Shown here one piece after another: positions 52,210 to 64,000 of a stretch of 64,000 bases of DNA. This DNA is from Octopus sinensis. Lineage: Eukaryota. Both the position numbers and the translations under genes were made by a program. The notes under the pieces were generated by a model. The model worked only from the letters and a program-made list of their open reading frames with translations. It searched no databases and was not told the DNA's origin. The stretch spans positions 182,838,001 to 182,902,000 of the forward strand of contig NC_042998.1 in NCBI RefSeq assembly GCF_006345805.1, given 5' to 3'. Each line of letters opens with the position of its first letter. Within the stretch, counting starts at the first letter, position 1.

Positions 52210-53990
52210 CGGCGTACGTACATTTTGTTCTCTTATATGTAAGTACACATTTCACTAAACTATGTACGACTTCAACACTCTCTCTCCCCGCTCTCTCATC
52301 AAGATTAATCAGCCGAAATTAAGAGGACGATCCGGTTCTTGACTGCGTGTGTCTTATGTTTGCTCGCAACTACCACTTGACAGCTATTGTTGGTTTGTTT
52401 TACATCCCCCATAACTTAGCAGTTCAACAAAAGAGACTTGTAGTATAAGTACTGGACTTTAAAAACAAAATACTGTATTGATTTGTTCAACTAAACCTTC
52501 CGAGACTGCTCCAGTTTAGCCACAGTCTAATGACTGAAACAAGGAAAAGATAAAGGAGTTATTTGAACCACACTTATAAAAACTAATGATTTCTTTTCTT
52601 TATATACGTTTTATCTTATATTACTAAATAGTTATATACTCTTTATATCCATTTGTGCATTATTCTTAGCTTGGAGAAATAGAAATGGAAAGAAATTTTG
52701 AAGGAAGGAAAAAAAAATGCAGTTAGAAGAAATGTAAAAGGATGAATGAAAGCCGGCAATAAACAGTTTATCTGATAGCTTCCACTGCTATTAGTATGTT
52801 GATAGCATGTCTAACGCAACTGTAAAGAATGTACTTAATGCATATCACCTTTTTTTATGAGTTCACATGCATGTGTGTGTATAAATGCACACACACACAC
52901 ACACCATACATAGTAATAGAATGTACATATTGCTTACTCAGAAAGGGAATGTATAAGATTTCTTGGAGTACTGGGGGGTTGTTTACTCATATGACGAGTA
53001 TTAGTGTATATAGTTTTCCTCTTTTTTTATTATTTTCTTTTTTTTATTTAAAAAGTGTATTGAATATTACTTCCGCTTTTGCATACTCTGGTATGTTTTT
53101 ATATATTTATAATTTTTATAATTATTTTAAGTTCGTTTTGATACCTTGTTTCTTTTCATATTGAAGATATTTTTTGGGGTTTGGTTTATTATTTTAGACT
53201 TTTGAAGCTAATTCTTTGAGCAAGTAATTGAAATGAATTATATTAACAATGAATAAAATGATGAAGGCACTTTCAATTCTCTGCAGTTCTACTGAGATTT
53301 CTGTTCTTTATAGAAATTTCAGTATTTTTTTTTTTATTAATTCATTTATTTCTTTGTTCTTTAGTTTGTTGTCATATAACAAATATTTTGAAACAGATGT
53401 TGAAAGGGATGAGGTGTCTGTCTTATTAAGCATCATCTCTTTCATGTTATCTTATGACTATAATTTATGAGGATTTTCTTTCATATGTCAAGTGTGGAGA
53501 AAAAGTGGGATTTATAACATACTACTTTTTAAGAGCTTTCTGTTATAATTATGATTTTGACTTATATTTCCCATTTGAGCACTACTTGTATAGTTTTGAA
53601 CTCTCAGAATACACATGTGAATTATGTAGTTCACTGCTGAGAACCCTAATATCAACTACATTAGAACCAATGAGGACATGTCTACACAGTCTTTCAACAT
53701 GCTAAAATTAGCAGCCAAATCTCCCTCAAAATATTCTCTTACCAACTTTTAAAAAAATTAAAATATTAGGTAATGCAGTCTTAGAAATGACAAGCTAATC
53801 TTAAGTGTCCCATGTAGCCATTGAATAAGTATTAAGCTACATGTCAGTTTGAAACATAGCTTATTAGCTTCATGGCCACTAAACCTCGATTGTGGCATCA
53901 CTATTACCTATTAAGACTAATGCTATAGGACAGAAGTAGATTCTTCAAGAGTTGTGTACACAATTGCATTTTGATTCCTGGTCCAAGCTA

Positions 53991-54345
53991 TTTATTACCT
54001 TCCCCTTAGCGAAGGTGGAGGTATTGTTTTCAATCATGTTTGTTGGTTTGTTTGTTTGTCTATGGACAAGATATCTCAAGAACCACTGGACGTTTGGCCT
54101 TGTGACTGACACAAACTGATTAGATTTTGGGATCAATCCAAGACTGGACAAGGATTCTGGATTATTTTTCTGGCTTTTTTTACTTAATTTTTGAAAGCAG
54201 TCAGGTTCATTTTTAATATTCTCATTTGTGAGAGCAGTCGAGTTTATTTCAGATATTCTAATTTTAAAAATCATCTCTGGCCAATCATTAAGAGGACGTT
54301 GGTGTTGCCTTGGTGATGGTTTGCACTTTGTGAGTGCTCTTGTTT
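53991..54345 (+). mobile_element. Helentron-associated non-autonomous element (HINE/DINE-1-like)
   Basis: TTATTACCTTC..GAAGGTGGAGGTATTGTTTT start, internal (GTTT)n, and end GCCTTGGTGATGGTTTGCACT..AGTGCTCTTGTTT with sub-terminal IR and hairpin; diverged. Confidence 0.55.
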
Positions 54346-55387
54346 CATATTGGGTTCAAATTTTGGCTCAAGGCCAGAAATTTCTGGAAAGTGGGTAAGT
54401 CAATTATATTGTTCCCAGTACCCAACTGGTAGTTATTTTATCAACTCCAAAGGGATGAAAGATAAAATTGATGAAAGATGGAATTCTAACTCAGAATATC
54501 AAGATAGCTGAAAAGCCACTTAGCATTTTGCCCAGTGTGCTAATGATTCTTCCAGCTCACCACCCTAGCTATCTATTTCATATTACTGATGCTTATGCAA
54601 AACATATGAATGTTAAAATCTGTTTCCTTCTAGAAAAGATCTCCTTCAATTTTCAAGCCCATATAAAGTTGATAATAGGTTCAGACCAAATATAAAATGT
54701 AAGCTGCTAGGTCTGCCTGATTGACTCCCATGCCAGTGGTACATAAAAAGCACCAGCCAAACGTGGCCAATGCCAGTACCCCCAGACTGGCTCCTGTTCC
54801 AGTGGCACGTAAAAAGGACCAACCAATCATGACTGATGCCAGTACCCCCTGACTGGCCCCTGTGCTGGTGGCACGTAAAAAGCACCATCCAAATGTGATT
54901 GTTTCCAAGCCTGCCTGACTGGCTCCTGTGCCAGTAGCACATAAAAAGCACCCACTACACTCTCAGACTGGTTGGCATTAGGAAGGGCTTCCAGCTGTTG
55001 AAACATTACCAGATCAGATTGGATCCTTGTGCAGCCACTGGCTCTCCAGACCGCTGTCAAACCATCCATCCCATGCCAGCATGGAAAACTGACGTTAAAC
55101 GATGATGATGATGATGATGATGATGATTATGACTCACTACTTATTTTAGTAATTAGTACTGAATACATATAATTTGTGTATGATATATGCATGTAATGTA
55201 CATGATGACCTTAGAAGTGAGAGAACTATATCAAAGAAACACTGTTATTTTAAAACAAAGACAATTTTTTTTTTCCCAAAAAGTTCCCTCTCTGCCTCTA
55301 ACAGAAGTGAACATCCTCAAAATTGTAGGTTCATACCAACTGTTTCACCTGCTCTCTTCCTGTATTCTTTCTTGTCTATACTACATT

Positions 55388-55620
55388 TGAAAGGCGGCGA
55401 GCTGGCAGAAATATTAGTGTGCCAGGCAAAATGCTTAGCAGTATTTCGTCTGTCGTTACGTTTTTAAGTTCAAATTCCGCCGTGGTTGACTTTGCCTTTC
55501 ATCCTTTTGGGGTCAATAAAGTACCAGTTTCGCACTGGGGTCGATATAATCGACTTAATCCCTTTGTCTGTCCTTGCTTGTCCCCTCTATGTTTAGCCCC
55601 TTGTGGGCAGTAAAGAAATA
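55388..55620 (+). mobile_element. SINE family C with 11-bp TSD
   Basis: TATACTACATT at 55377-55387 and 55621-55631. Confidence 0.86.
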
Positions 55621-57009
55621 TATACTACATTAACTCTTTTACTATGCAAAGCAAATATATCCATTCAAAATTCCATTACCCTTAACTGCAGAAATCTGTT
55701 TTATATACCAATCTATCTTTTGTTGAGGAATGCCATGATAAAAACTATTTTCTGTTGGAAATATATGTCAAGTTTATTGAGGCAATGTGACTCACAGAAA
55801 GTACCGAATCTATCTTTTGGTAGACATTTAACACTATTACTGGAATAAGCATGAAATCCAATTTCACAGTAAAAGAGTTAAAGAGAACTAAAATTGTCCT
55901 ATCTTGAAAATCAGTATCTTCACAAAATTGATTTCTCATCAAAGAATTCTCTGATCGTATATTCACTTCTTTGGATTAGGTACAAAATCAAATTTGAAAG
56001 CAGCTGTGTATACACAATTAAATAATCTTACTACACTACCACTCGTTAATCGTCCAACAAGATATCCTCAATGTAGTCATTTGATCTGGAATAAATAGTA
56101 GCTAAATCTCTTTGTCACCTTCAGCCTCAATGACAAGCAAATCTCGCTCAATTCATATCTGACCATCTTGAACAATTGGCACATTGGATAATATAGTCTA
56201 AGGTGTATTATGCCCAATAAAACTAAAGACGAGGTGGTCTACTGGAGTACCTTTGACCATAGGCATGTTGAAATAGGGCTGATGTAGGGTTTTACAATTG
56301 CAGTAGAAGACAAGAACACATTAGATAATCATCATCATCATTGTTTAACGTCCGTTTTCCATGCTAGCATGGGTTGGACTGTTCGACCAGGATCTGGGAA
56401 GCCAGAAGGCTTCACCAGGCTCCAGTCTGATCTGTAATCATAAATACATTGATAAAAAGAGGATGGTCATAGCTTGACTACTTTTGCTCATTTGTCTAAG
56501 TAATCAAGGCTGACCTTGGGCTGAATGACAACAACTGAAGAGATGAAAGGAAAATTGGTTCAACCAGGATTTGAACTTGGAACATAGCGGGATGAAAATT
56601 ATATACTGTAGAACTCTTAGTTTGATTAATTACCATTTCAACCAACTCATCTCCTTTTTTTATCAGATATTGACTGCATATTTGGAAAGACTATATGTTC
56701 ACAAATATCAGTTTCTTCAAATATTTAACATATTTTTTAATTGAATTAATCATATATTAATGCCACAGAACAAACTGGTAATGCCATACATTGACTATTT
56801 TATTATGGCTGTATTTCTAGATTACCAATACACTTTTGGTTATAATGATTATAACCTTTTATTAGAAACATTCAGCAATTCCCTTCAGAGTATAAAAAAT
56901 TTCTAATTCCAAACTTTTTTGTGTGTTTAATCTCTATATATGTCATTCTTACAAAAAACGCATCATTAAATGTCATTTTCAGCTATGACATTCATTGTTA
57001 TGCCAAGAG

Positions 57010-57400
57010 CAACATCATATACCTGCAAGATTTGGAAAAAGATCAGCAGAATATATAGAACTGCAGATATCTTGCACATATGTTGCCCTAAGACTGTACT
57101 AAAAATCTCTTTGCATGACCATATCAAGAATGAAGAAGATACAGAAAGGGCCAGGTTGAGTAACTTAAGGGACGACGTCATCATGAGAAGGTGGAAATTG
57201 CTCACTCATGGACTACAAATGACCATTGTGAGATCAGTGTGAGACTCTCTCAGATGGAAGTCAGGTAGCTAACCCAGGGGGTGAGGCAGATCTCATCAAG
57301 ACCTGGTTGAGGATTGTGGGGAAAACCAGACCAGTATAAACGTGGCCTAAGTGCAGGCTCATGATGGTTGGTGAATGTGCCAGGTGGTGACCTCCTGTCA
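57010..57400 (+). pseudogene. Decayed RTE-like LINE ORF2 C-terminal fragment
   Basis: ISLHDHIKNEE.TERA.L.NL.DDVIMRRWKLLTH..LRW..G..GR...W resembles the RTE post-RT region; multiple stops and frameshifts. Confidence 0.55.
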
Positions 57401-58429
57401 TCTGCTACATCTTAGAAAGTGGAAGGAACTAAGGCATGGTTCAATATGTATATTTTTAAGATAAGTTATTAACAGACTTCTGAGAGGTGGGGATTTTTTT
57501 GTTATTGTTAATTTTTGTTGCATTTTTATTGAAATAGCCTTTCATTGTCGTCTTGTTTCATTCTTAAATATATGATGTTTTGGACAACTATACGGCTGTC
57601 CTTGCTAAAATAAACTTAAGTTTTATTAATCCTTTTAAATACAACTCACTCGAGACAACCTATACCAAAATCTCACAGTATTAATGACCTCATGAAATTT
57701 CAGTTGGTTAACATGAGCATAATATTATATCACTATATAGAGTTACAGATTTTTTAAGCCACTAAAATGCTTATTGAATTGAGATACATGAACTGCCTAT
57801 TCATTAAAATTATTGAAATATTGTCATGAAATAGTTAATAATTTTTGTTGTTTTTATGATTCAGTATCAGGACACTCTTTTTTATACATTTTATACAGAA
57901 TGATAAAATTCAATCAATTCTTTAGTAAGTTAGCTCTTGCTTCTAGTATACCATATGAGATTTAGTTACTACATTAAGTTTTCCTTTCTTACAGAAAAAC
58001 AGTTAATTAGAAACATTTTTCCCTGAGATTCAGCCTATCCAAAGTTAGAATTTAATCAGTAAATACATCCTTAAGAAATAATCTGTCTCTAAGATTTATT
58101 AAAATTAAAGAAATACTATCTCAATTTATGTGTTATCTGAATGATGTTCATCCTACCAAACTCTTGACTATATTTGTTATTAATCTAATGGATTAGATTT
58201 TATAACATTATTGGACATACTTACAATTTAGTATACAGAAGTATTTTTTAATAAACACTTATTTCTACAGTTTCCTTCAGGGATTCTTTTGATATTTTTA
58301 GCAAATTAATTTGGTTTATATTTATTTATTTAATTTAGACTGAGACAGCTACAATCTTAGCATAATAAAGTACCAAACTACTCAAGAAATTTAAGATACA
58401 GTTCTATATTTAAGAGATGAAGAATTATG

Positions 58430-58629
58430 TACATTATTTACATTTGACTGATATTTGCCCTCATCTTGTTTGTTGTTAACACAACGCTTCAGCTGATATA
58501 CTCTCCAGCCTTCATCAGGTTCGAAATTTCCCCAAGACACCTGATGAAGGCTGGAGGGTATATCAGCCGAAACACTGTGTTAACAACAAACAAGATGAGG
58601 ACAAATATCAGTCAAATGAAAATAATGTA
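58430..58629. repeat. Fold-back palindrome (~91-bp arms, 18-nt loop) made of inverted Penelope-like terminal repeats carrying hammerhead motifs
   Basis: Arms 58430-58520 and 58539-58629, with about 7 mismatches. The right arm reads ACAC-CTGATGA-A-GGCTG..CAGCC-GAAAC-ACT-GTGT. Confidence 0.9.
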
Positions 58630-60202
58630 AATAATGAAATTTAAAATAGTTTTTTATTCCACAACCCTGCTACTGCAGATGTGATAGAATCTCCTCAGAC
58701 AGTTTATTCCATGGTTTTTATGACTTGCTAAGAATACAGATTTAATTATAATAAGTGCACCATTATTCATAGTAATCGCAATCCTGGCAATGTGATATGG
58801 CAGCATTTTCAAAGAATTCATGCCTCAGACTCATTTTCAGTTCCCTGTGACCTGATCTTCCATTTGGATTTCCTTGTAAATCTGAGACAATGTACATTCT
58901 GAGAGAAACTGTTTTACTATTAGACTGAAAACAGATAACCAACTAAATATTGTACTGAAGCTACCATCTACCACTACAGTCTCATGTCATCCATTCCTGT
59001 CTTAAATCCAATTGATTACTGATATCTCTCTACTATATAACATTCAATTCTCCCAAGAAGTGCATATACAACTTGTTACTGGTTTTACTTTATTTCTGTA
59101 GTATAAATATTTAACTCTGAAATGGCTTAGTCAGCTTTGCTGGTTTTAGGTTCTCTAAGGAATCCACTGCTCTAGACAGCAAAGTCACTGCAAATTTGAC
59201 AAGTAGTTCATTGTAGTATTGAGTTCGTCTCTACCTGAGGTTATGTCTTAGACAGAGATTGACTCTGTCAGACCAGATTGATTTTTGCTGAGACACTACA
59301 TGAAGATGGAATGTCAAGTGATACACCTATGAATTAAGAAACTCACCCCAATTCCGAGCTGCTATTATTAGCATTGCCGGTGGCACGTAAAATGCACCAA
59401 TCCGATCATGGCTGTTGCCAGCCTCGCCTGGCACCTGTGCAGGTGGCGCGTAAAAAGCACCCACTACACTCACGGAGTAGTTGGCGTTAGGAAAGGCATC
59501 CAGCTGTAGAAACTCTGCCAGATCAGACTGGAGCCTGGTGCAGCCTTCTGGCTTCCCAGATCCCCGGTCTAACCGTCCAACCCATGCTAGCATGGAGAAC
59601 GGACGTTAAACGATGATGATGATGATGATGAGTTTCCATTATTAGTACGAACAAATGCAGCTTAAATAGTATTAGGGTTAGTGTTGCAAACTGAAACTAT
59701 TGTTGCAAACATCAACTGCACTTCTACCATTCCTAGTACTAAACCCATTGTTGCAAGCATCAATAGAACAGCAGCTATTGCTAATAAAGGTAATTCCTCT
59801 GACTACATCTGCTACCACAATCTCACGTTATCCATTTTATGTTGACTCCAAATTATTACACATATCTCTCTTCTCTGTAGCATCCAATTCTTCAAAGGCA
59901 TAATTTTTTTTGTTTTTGTTTTTTTATTCTCTTTTTCCTTCATTATATCCTTGAAACCTCATATGATCCTCTATGTCATCTCCTTGGTTCAAAGCTGTCT
60001 TGTTCTCATTTAGATTTTTTTCTTTAATTATCCTTCTTTGAATATATCATTATCAAACAACTGACATGCAAAGCATATTTTTTTCAAAAGGAAAGACTCT
60101 TTTATTGTTTTGTGTTGTTTTGTTTGTTTGTCTGTTTTATGGAGGGAAGTTCCTGAACTTAAAAGAAGGGATTATATATATTTTCTACAAATCCTTTTTA
60201 TA

Positions 60203-60739
60203 TGAGGGGTGCTGAAAAGTTCCTGGCTTTAAGGGTACCATGAAAGGCTTAGTCGGAGGCCCAACCTTCCAAGTTCTTTTATAGGGCTTAGAAAAACTGA
60301 AGGGCTGCTGCAATAAGTGTGTGAATCTGAGAGGGGAATATGTTGAATAAAATTATAACTAACTGATCATCATCATCATCATTGTCGTTTAACGTCTGTA
60401 TTTCGTGCTAGCATGGGTTGGACGGTTCAACCGGGGTCTGGGAAGCCAGGAGGCTGCACCAGGCTCCAGTCTGATGTGGCAGTGTTTCTACAGCTGGATG
60501 CCCTTCCTAACGTCAACCACTCCGTGAGTGTAGTGAGTGCTTTTACATTCCACTGGTACATGTGCCAGGGGAGGCTGGCAATGGCCACGATCAGTTGGTG
60601 CTTTTTACGTGCCACCGGCACAGAAGCCAGTCAGGCAGCGCTGGCATCGGCCACGTTTGGATGGTGCTTTTTACGTGCCACTGGCGATGCCTCTATATTT
60701 TCTTTTACCCAATGCCAGGAACTTTTCAGCACCTCCTAG
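60203..60739 (+). mobile_element. Mariner-derived MITE (same family as 6082-6531) split by a family B insertion (60368-60689)
   Basis: TA|TGAGGGGTGCTGAAAAGTTCC ... GGAACTTTTCAGCACCTCCTAG|TA; the sequence resumes at CCTC after the insert. Confidence 0.8.
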
Positions 60740-60850
60740 TATATTTCTCATTGAATACCTTAGTTTTCTATGATTTGGTCAAAGCATAACAGTGTTGTTA
60801 CTGTGGTTTAGTTCTGTATCTGCCTATGGCAAATGGTATTCCAATTATGA

Positions 60851-61083
60851 AAAGCGGTGAGCTGGCAGAATCGTTAGCATGCCGGGCAAAATGCTTAGCG
60901 ATATTTCGTCTGCCGCTACATTCTGAGTTCAAATTCTGCCGAGGCTGACTTTACCTTTCATCCTTTTGGGGTCGATTAGATAAGTACCAGTTACGCACTG
61001 GGGTCGATATAATCGACTTAATCCATTTGTCTGTCCTTGTTTGTCCTCTCTGTGTTTAGCCCCTTGTGGGTCGTAAAGAAATA
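60851..61083 (+). mobile_element. Young SINE family C with 16-bp TSD
   Basis: GGTATTCCAATTATGA at 60835-60850 and 61084-61099. Older CpG-decayed copies lie near 17460, 18085, 19215, 34255, 35460, 40455, 48670, 54355, 63630 and 63820. Confidence 0.88.
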
Positions 61084-62335
61084 GGTATTCCAATTATGAC
61101 CATCCCGTCTTATTTTCAGATATAACATATTTAGAACTAAACTATCCATTGAATGCTTCCTTTTTAAAATGGCAGGGTTGGATTTGAAGAATATTTGGCT
61201 GGTATTTCTTGCAGGTTGAGCTGCCACTTAAGGGTCTCTATATTTTGATAACATTACTTAGAAATCAATCATATCTCTCTTTCAGTATTCAAGGTAACCC
61301 ATGGCTAACAAAATATGTAGCAACATTTAGCCAGCATGGGACCTTACTACAATACAACGTATTCTGATATGCAGTGTTTAGATGTATTGGTGGAGTGATT
61401 ATCAGTTTCTTATCTATTTATTTTGCTATCCAGGCTGCTTCTGTTTAGTCAAAGACAAGCAAACTGGATGTGGTCAATGAACTAGGATCTTGCTCTCTCA
61501 ACATTTATTGGAAGTAGTTGGTGGCCAAGTAGTTTGGACTTCATGCAGTTATATTGAAATTGCCATTAACATAGGCTGGTTTATACACGTTTTGTGCTTG
61601 CTTGGATCAGTTAAATGTGGGAGTATTCTTAAAATAGATTTATAGCACTGTTAATGTTTCCATGTGTTGAGAATTGTTGTGTGTTTAGATAATAGTTATA
61701 ATTCCATCTATAACCAGATACCATTTTGCCTTTGGATCAAGATATTTATCTAATAAATAAATACGAGTGTAAAACAATAGAAGAGAGTGGTATATGATAT
61801 AAACTTATATAAATGCAATTTCAGCTTGGAAGTCAAATATATATATCATCCCCCTACCTCTTATCTACCATTCACTATATCCACCCTTCAACCTACCCTA
61901 ATCTTTTTGTTACCTACCTCCCCTCCTTCATCCATTCCTCCCTCTCTCACTCTTCCATTTACTCTTGCAACCTCAACCTTCCAGCACCCTTGGTTCTTCT
62001 GTCTCTATTCACCCCATACCTTTAGGGTACCTGGATACATAAAATAGTGGTGATAAAGTGTGGAGGTGAATACCTTATCACCATTATTTTATTTATTCCA
62101 GCTCCACTCAGTCATTCTCTTTTAAATGTGAGTAGACATGTAGCTTGTCCCTAGTTCTTCTATAGCAAAAAGAGAAACCTGTTCTTACCTCTTCTGTCAT
62201 ACTTTAACCCCTGCTTGTATTCTAGCATAAAGCCGCTCCACTGCCTCAGTGTCCATAGTCTTGCCGGATGCATAGCAACCTCACTAAGCTAGTGGTACAA
62301 AAAAAGTATCCAGTACATGCTGTAAAATGCATGTA

Positions 62336-62901
62336 TTGGGTTGTCTGGAAAGTTCGTGCCGATTTATAGTAGCTTACCTTTCGACTTATTTTAGAACATG
62401 GTTGAGTCCATAAAACAGGATTTGACTACACCTCTATTTAGAGCACAGTTTAAGCTATCTTTTCATGGAAGAAGGTTTATGTTCCTATAACCTGTGTTAA
62501 TTCTGTAATCCTTTAAAATGGAAGATAAGAAAATTCATTTTCGGCACTTGATGCTTTGGGAACCAGACAAATATTGCTGCAGCTCGGCTGGGATGTGTTA
62601 CCCCACCCCCCATATTCACCAGATACTGCTCCTTCGGATTTCCACTTATTCAGGTCTCTGCAGAATAGTCTTAATGGTAAAAATTTAAATTCCTTGGATG
62701 TCGTAAAAAGATACCTTGAGGAATTCTTTGCCATGAAACCACCTGAATTCTGGGAAGAGGGTATTTTCAAGTCAAAGGAAAGATGGAGACGCATTGTACA
62801 ACAAAATGGTTCAAATTTGGTTGATTAAAAATGTAATGGCAAGTATTTATTGATCTTTTTCTTTCCTTTAAAAATTGGCACAAACTTTCCGGACAACCCA
62901 G
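62336..62901 (+). mobile_element. Internally deleted mariner transposon (566 bp)
   Basis: TA|TTGGGTTGTCTGGAAAGTTCGTGCC ... GGCACAAACTTTCCGGACAACCCAG|TA; N-terminus MEDKKIHFRHLMLW (ATG 62518) is fused out of frame to the C-terminus with HPPYSPDTAPSDFHLF (mariner YSPDLAPSD motif). Confidence 0.92.
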
Positions 62902-63571
62902 TACTTTGCAGCATGATGTTTGGAATGGCACCAAGCCATTGAAACCATAACAAAAACTTCATAAATTAGAAACCCCAAAACTATTATTACTCTTAAAAAC
63001 ACACTCACAAATATATCCTTTGTATTAACTACATGTAGAATAAATATTCCAATATAGCAAAGGAATTTTTTTCATAAAATGATATATTTATATGTTTAAG
63101 ACATAGTCTTGCTGTGAATGAATCTTGTAGGTATATCCCAAGTATTTGGCAAACAAAAATTGTGCAGGAATAACAATTCCAGAACCAGTCTTTCCATTAT
63201 CTATGCTACTTTGCCAAAAACTTGGGGTATTTCCCAAGTTTTATTCAATAGCAAGACTAAATATGTTTTAAACATATAGATATACTTTGGTATGTTAAAT
63301 CTAAAATTTCGTGCTGGGTTTAGCATAAAGAGAATTTTGAATAGTTGTCTGACTAATGGATATATGCAAATTAGATTACATATGCATAAGCTAAGTAACA
63401 TCTATTATAGAGCTAATATGATGAGGTAAAGTGGAAAATGATAAAAAAGTTATATATATAATTCTGGGAGCAGTCTAGGTTTCTAGAGAAATTCAAGTTA
63501 TGCTGTTATGATGCTATGGAACTTAGATATACCCCAAAGGCAATATATGTCATGCTCCCCAACCACCACAC

Positions 63572-63603
<32 letters not shown>

Positions 63604-64000
63604 ATTATTATTATTATTTATTATAAAGATAGCAGGCTGGCAGAATCTTTAGCATGCCAGAAAAATTGCTTACTAGCATTTCATGTTTGTATTTTCTGAG
63701 TTCAAATTCCGCTGAGGTCATCGTTGCCTATCATCCTTTCAAGGTTAATAAAATATGTACCAGTCAAGTCTGGGGTCATTGTAAGCAACTTCCCTTTCCC
63801 CTACTGGCCCGTTAAAGTGACAAGCTGGCAGAATCTCTTGCATGCCAGACAAAATGCTGCTTAACATTTTGTCTAACTTTATGTTTTGAGTTCAAATTCC
63901 AGAGATTGACTTTGCCTTTCATCCTTTTGGGATCAATAAAATAAGTACCAGTTGAGCACTGGGGTTGATGTAATTGACTGATTCCTTCCTCCAAACTTTC

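Noticed and set aside
52085-52345. CpG-rich Penelope-like fragment around (TA)n as a further hammerhead
   Set aside because: Could not draw a consistent stem II/III around the CCGAAGA or GAAA motifs.

Overview
AT-rich, microsatellite- and retroposon-dense animal DNA whose repeat landscape looks like a coleoid cephalopod, probably Octopus (inferred from the repeat families, not verified). Only one host gene is supportable. It is the first coding exon (about 11272-11631, +) of the BK / Slo1 Ca2+-activated K+ channel alpha subunit (slo/KCNMA1), covering the N-terminus, S0 and the S0-S1 linker. It ends at a GTAAGT donor, and I found no further Slo1 exon in the remaining ~52 kb, which reads as intron. 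Almost all other ORFs in the track are microsatellite or transposon artefacts. The rest of the window holds several modular tRNA-derived SINE families, RTE/CR1 LINE tails, Penelope-like fragments, mariner/Tc2/piggyBac MITEs, a Helitron, a Helentron-type element and a ~52-copy 20-bp minisatellite. The most notable hand-found signals are: (1) at least 8 hammerhead-ribozyme-like motifs from several Penelope-like families, including a near-complete one in sense orientation inside the slo intron (49882-49940) and a core-intact one upstream (2471-2557); (2) two ~80-90 bp fold-back palindromes and close inverted TE pairs in the slo pre-mRNA, which are candidate ADAR substrates; (3) a visible CpG-rich to CpG-poor transition ~2 kb downstream of the exon; (4) head/tail module swapping among SINEs. 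All coordinates and pairings were read by eye, and no searches or folding programs were run.
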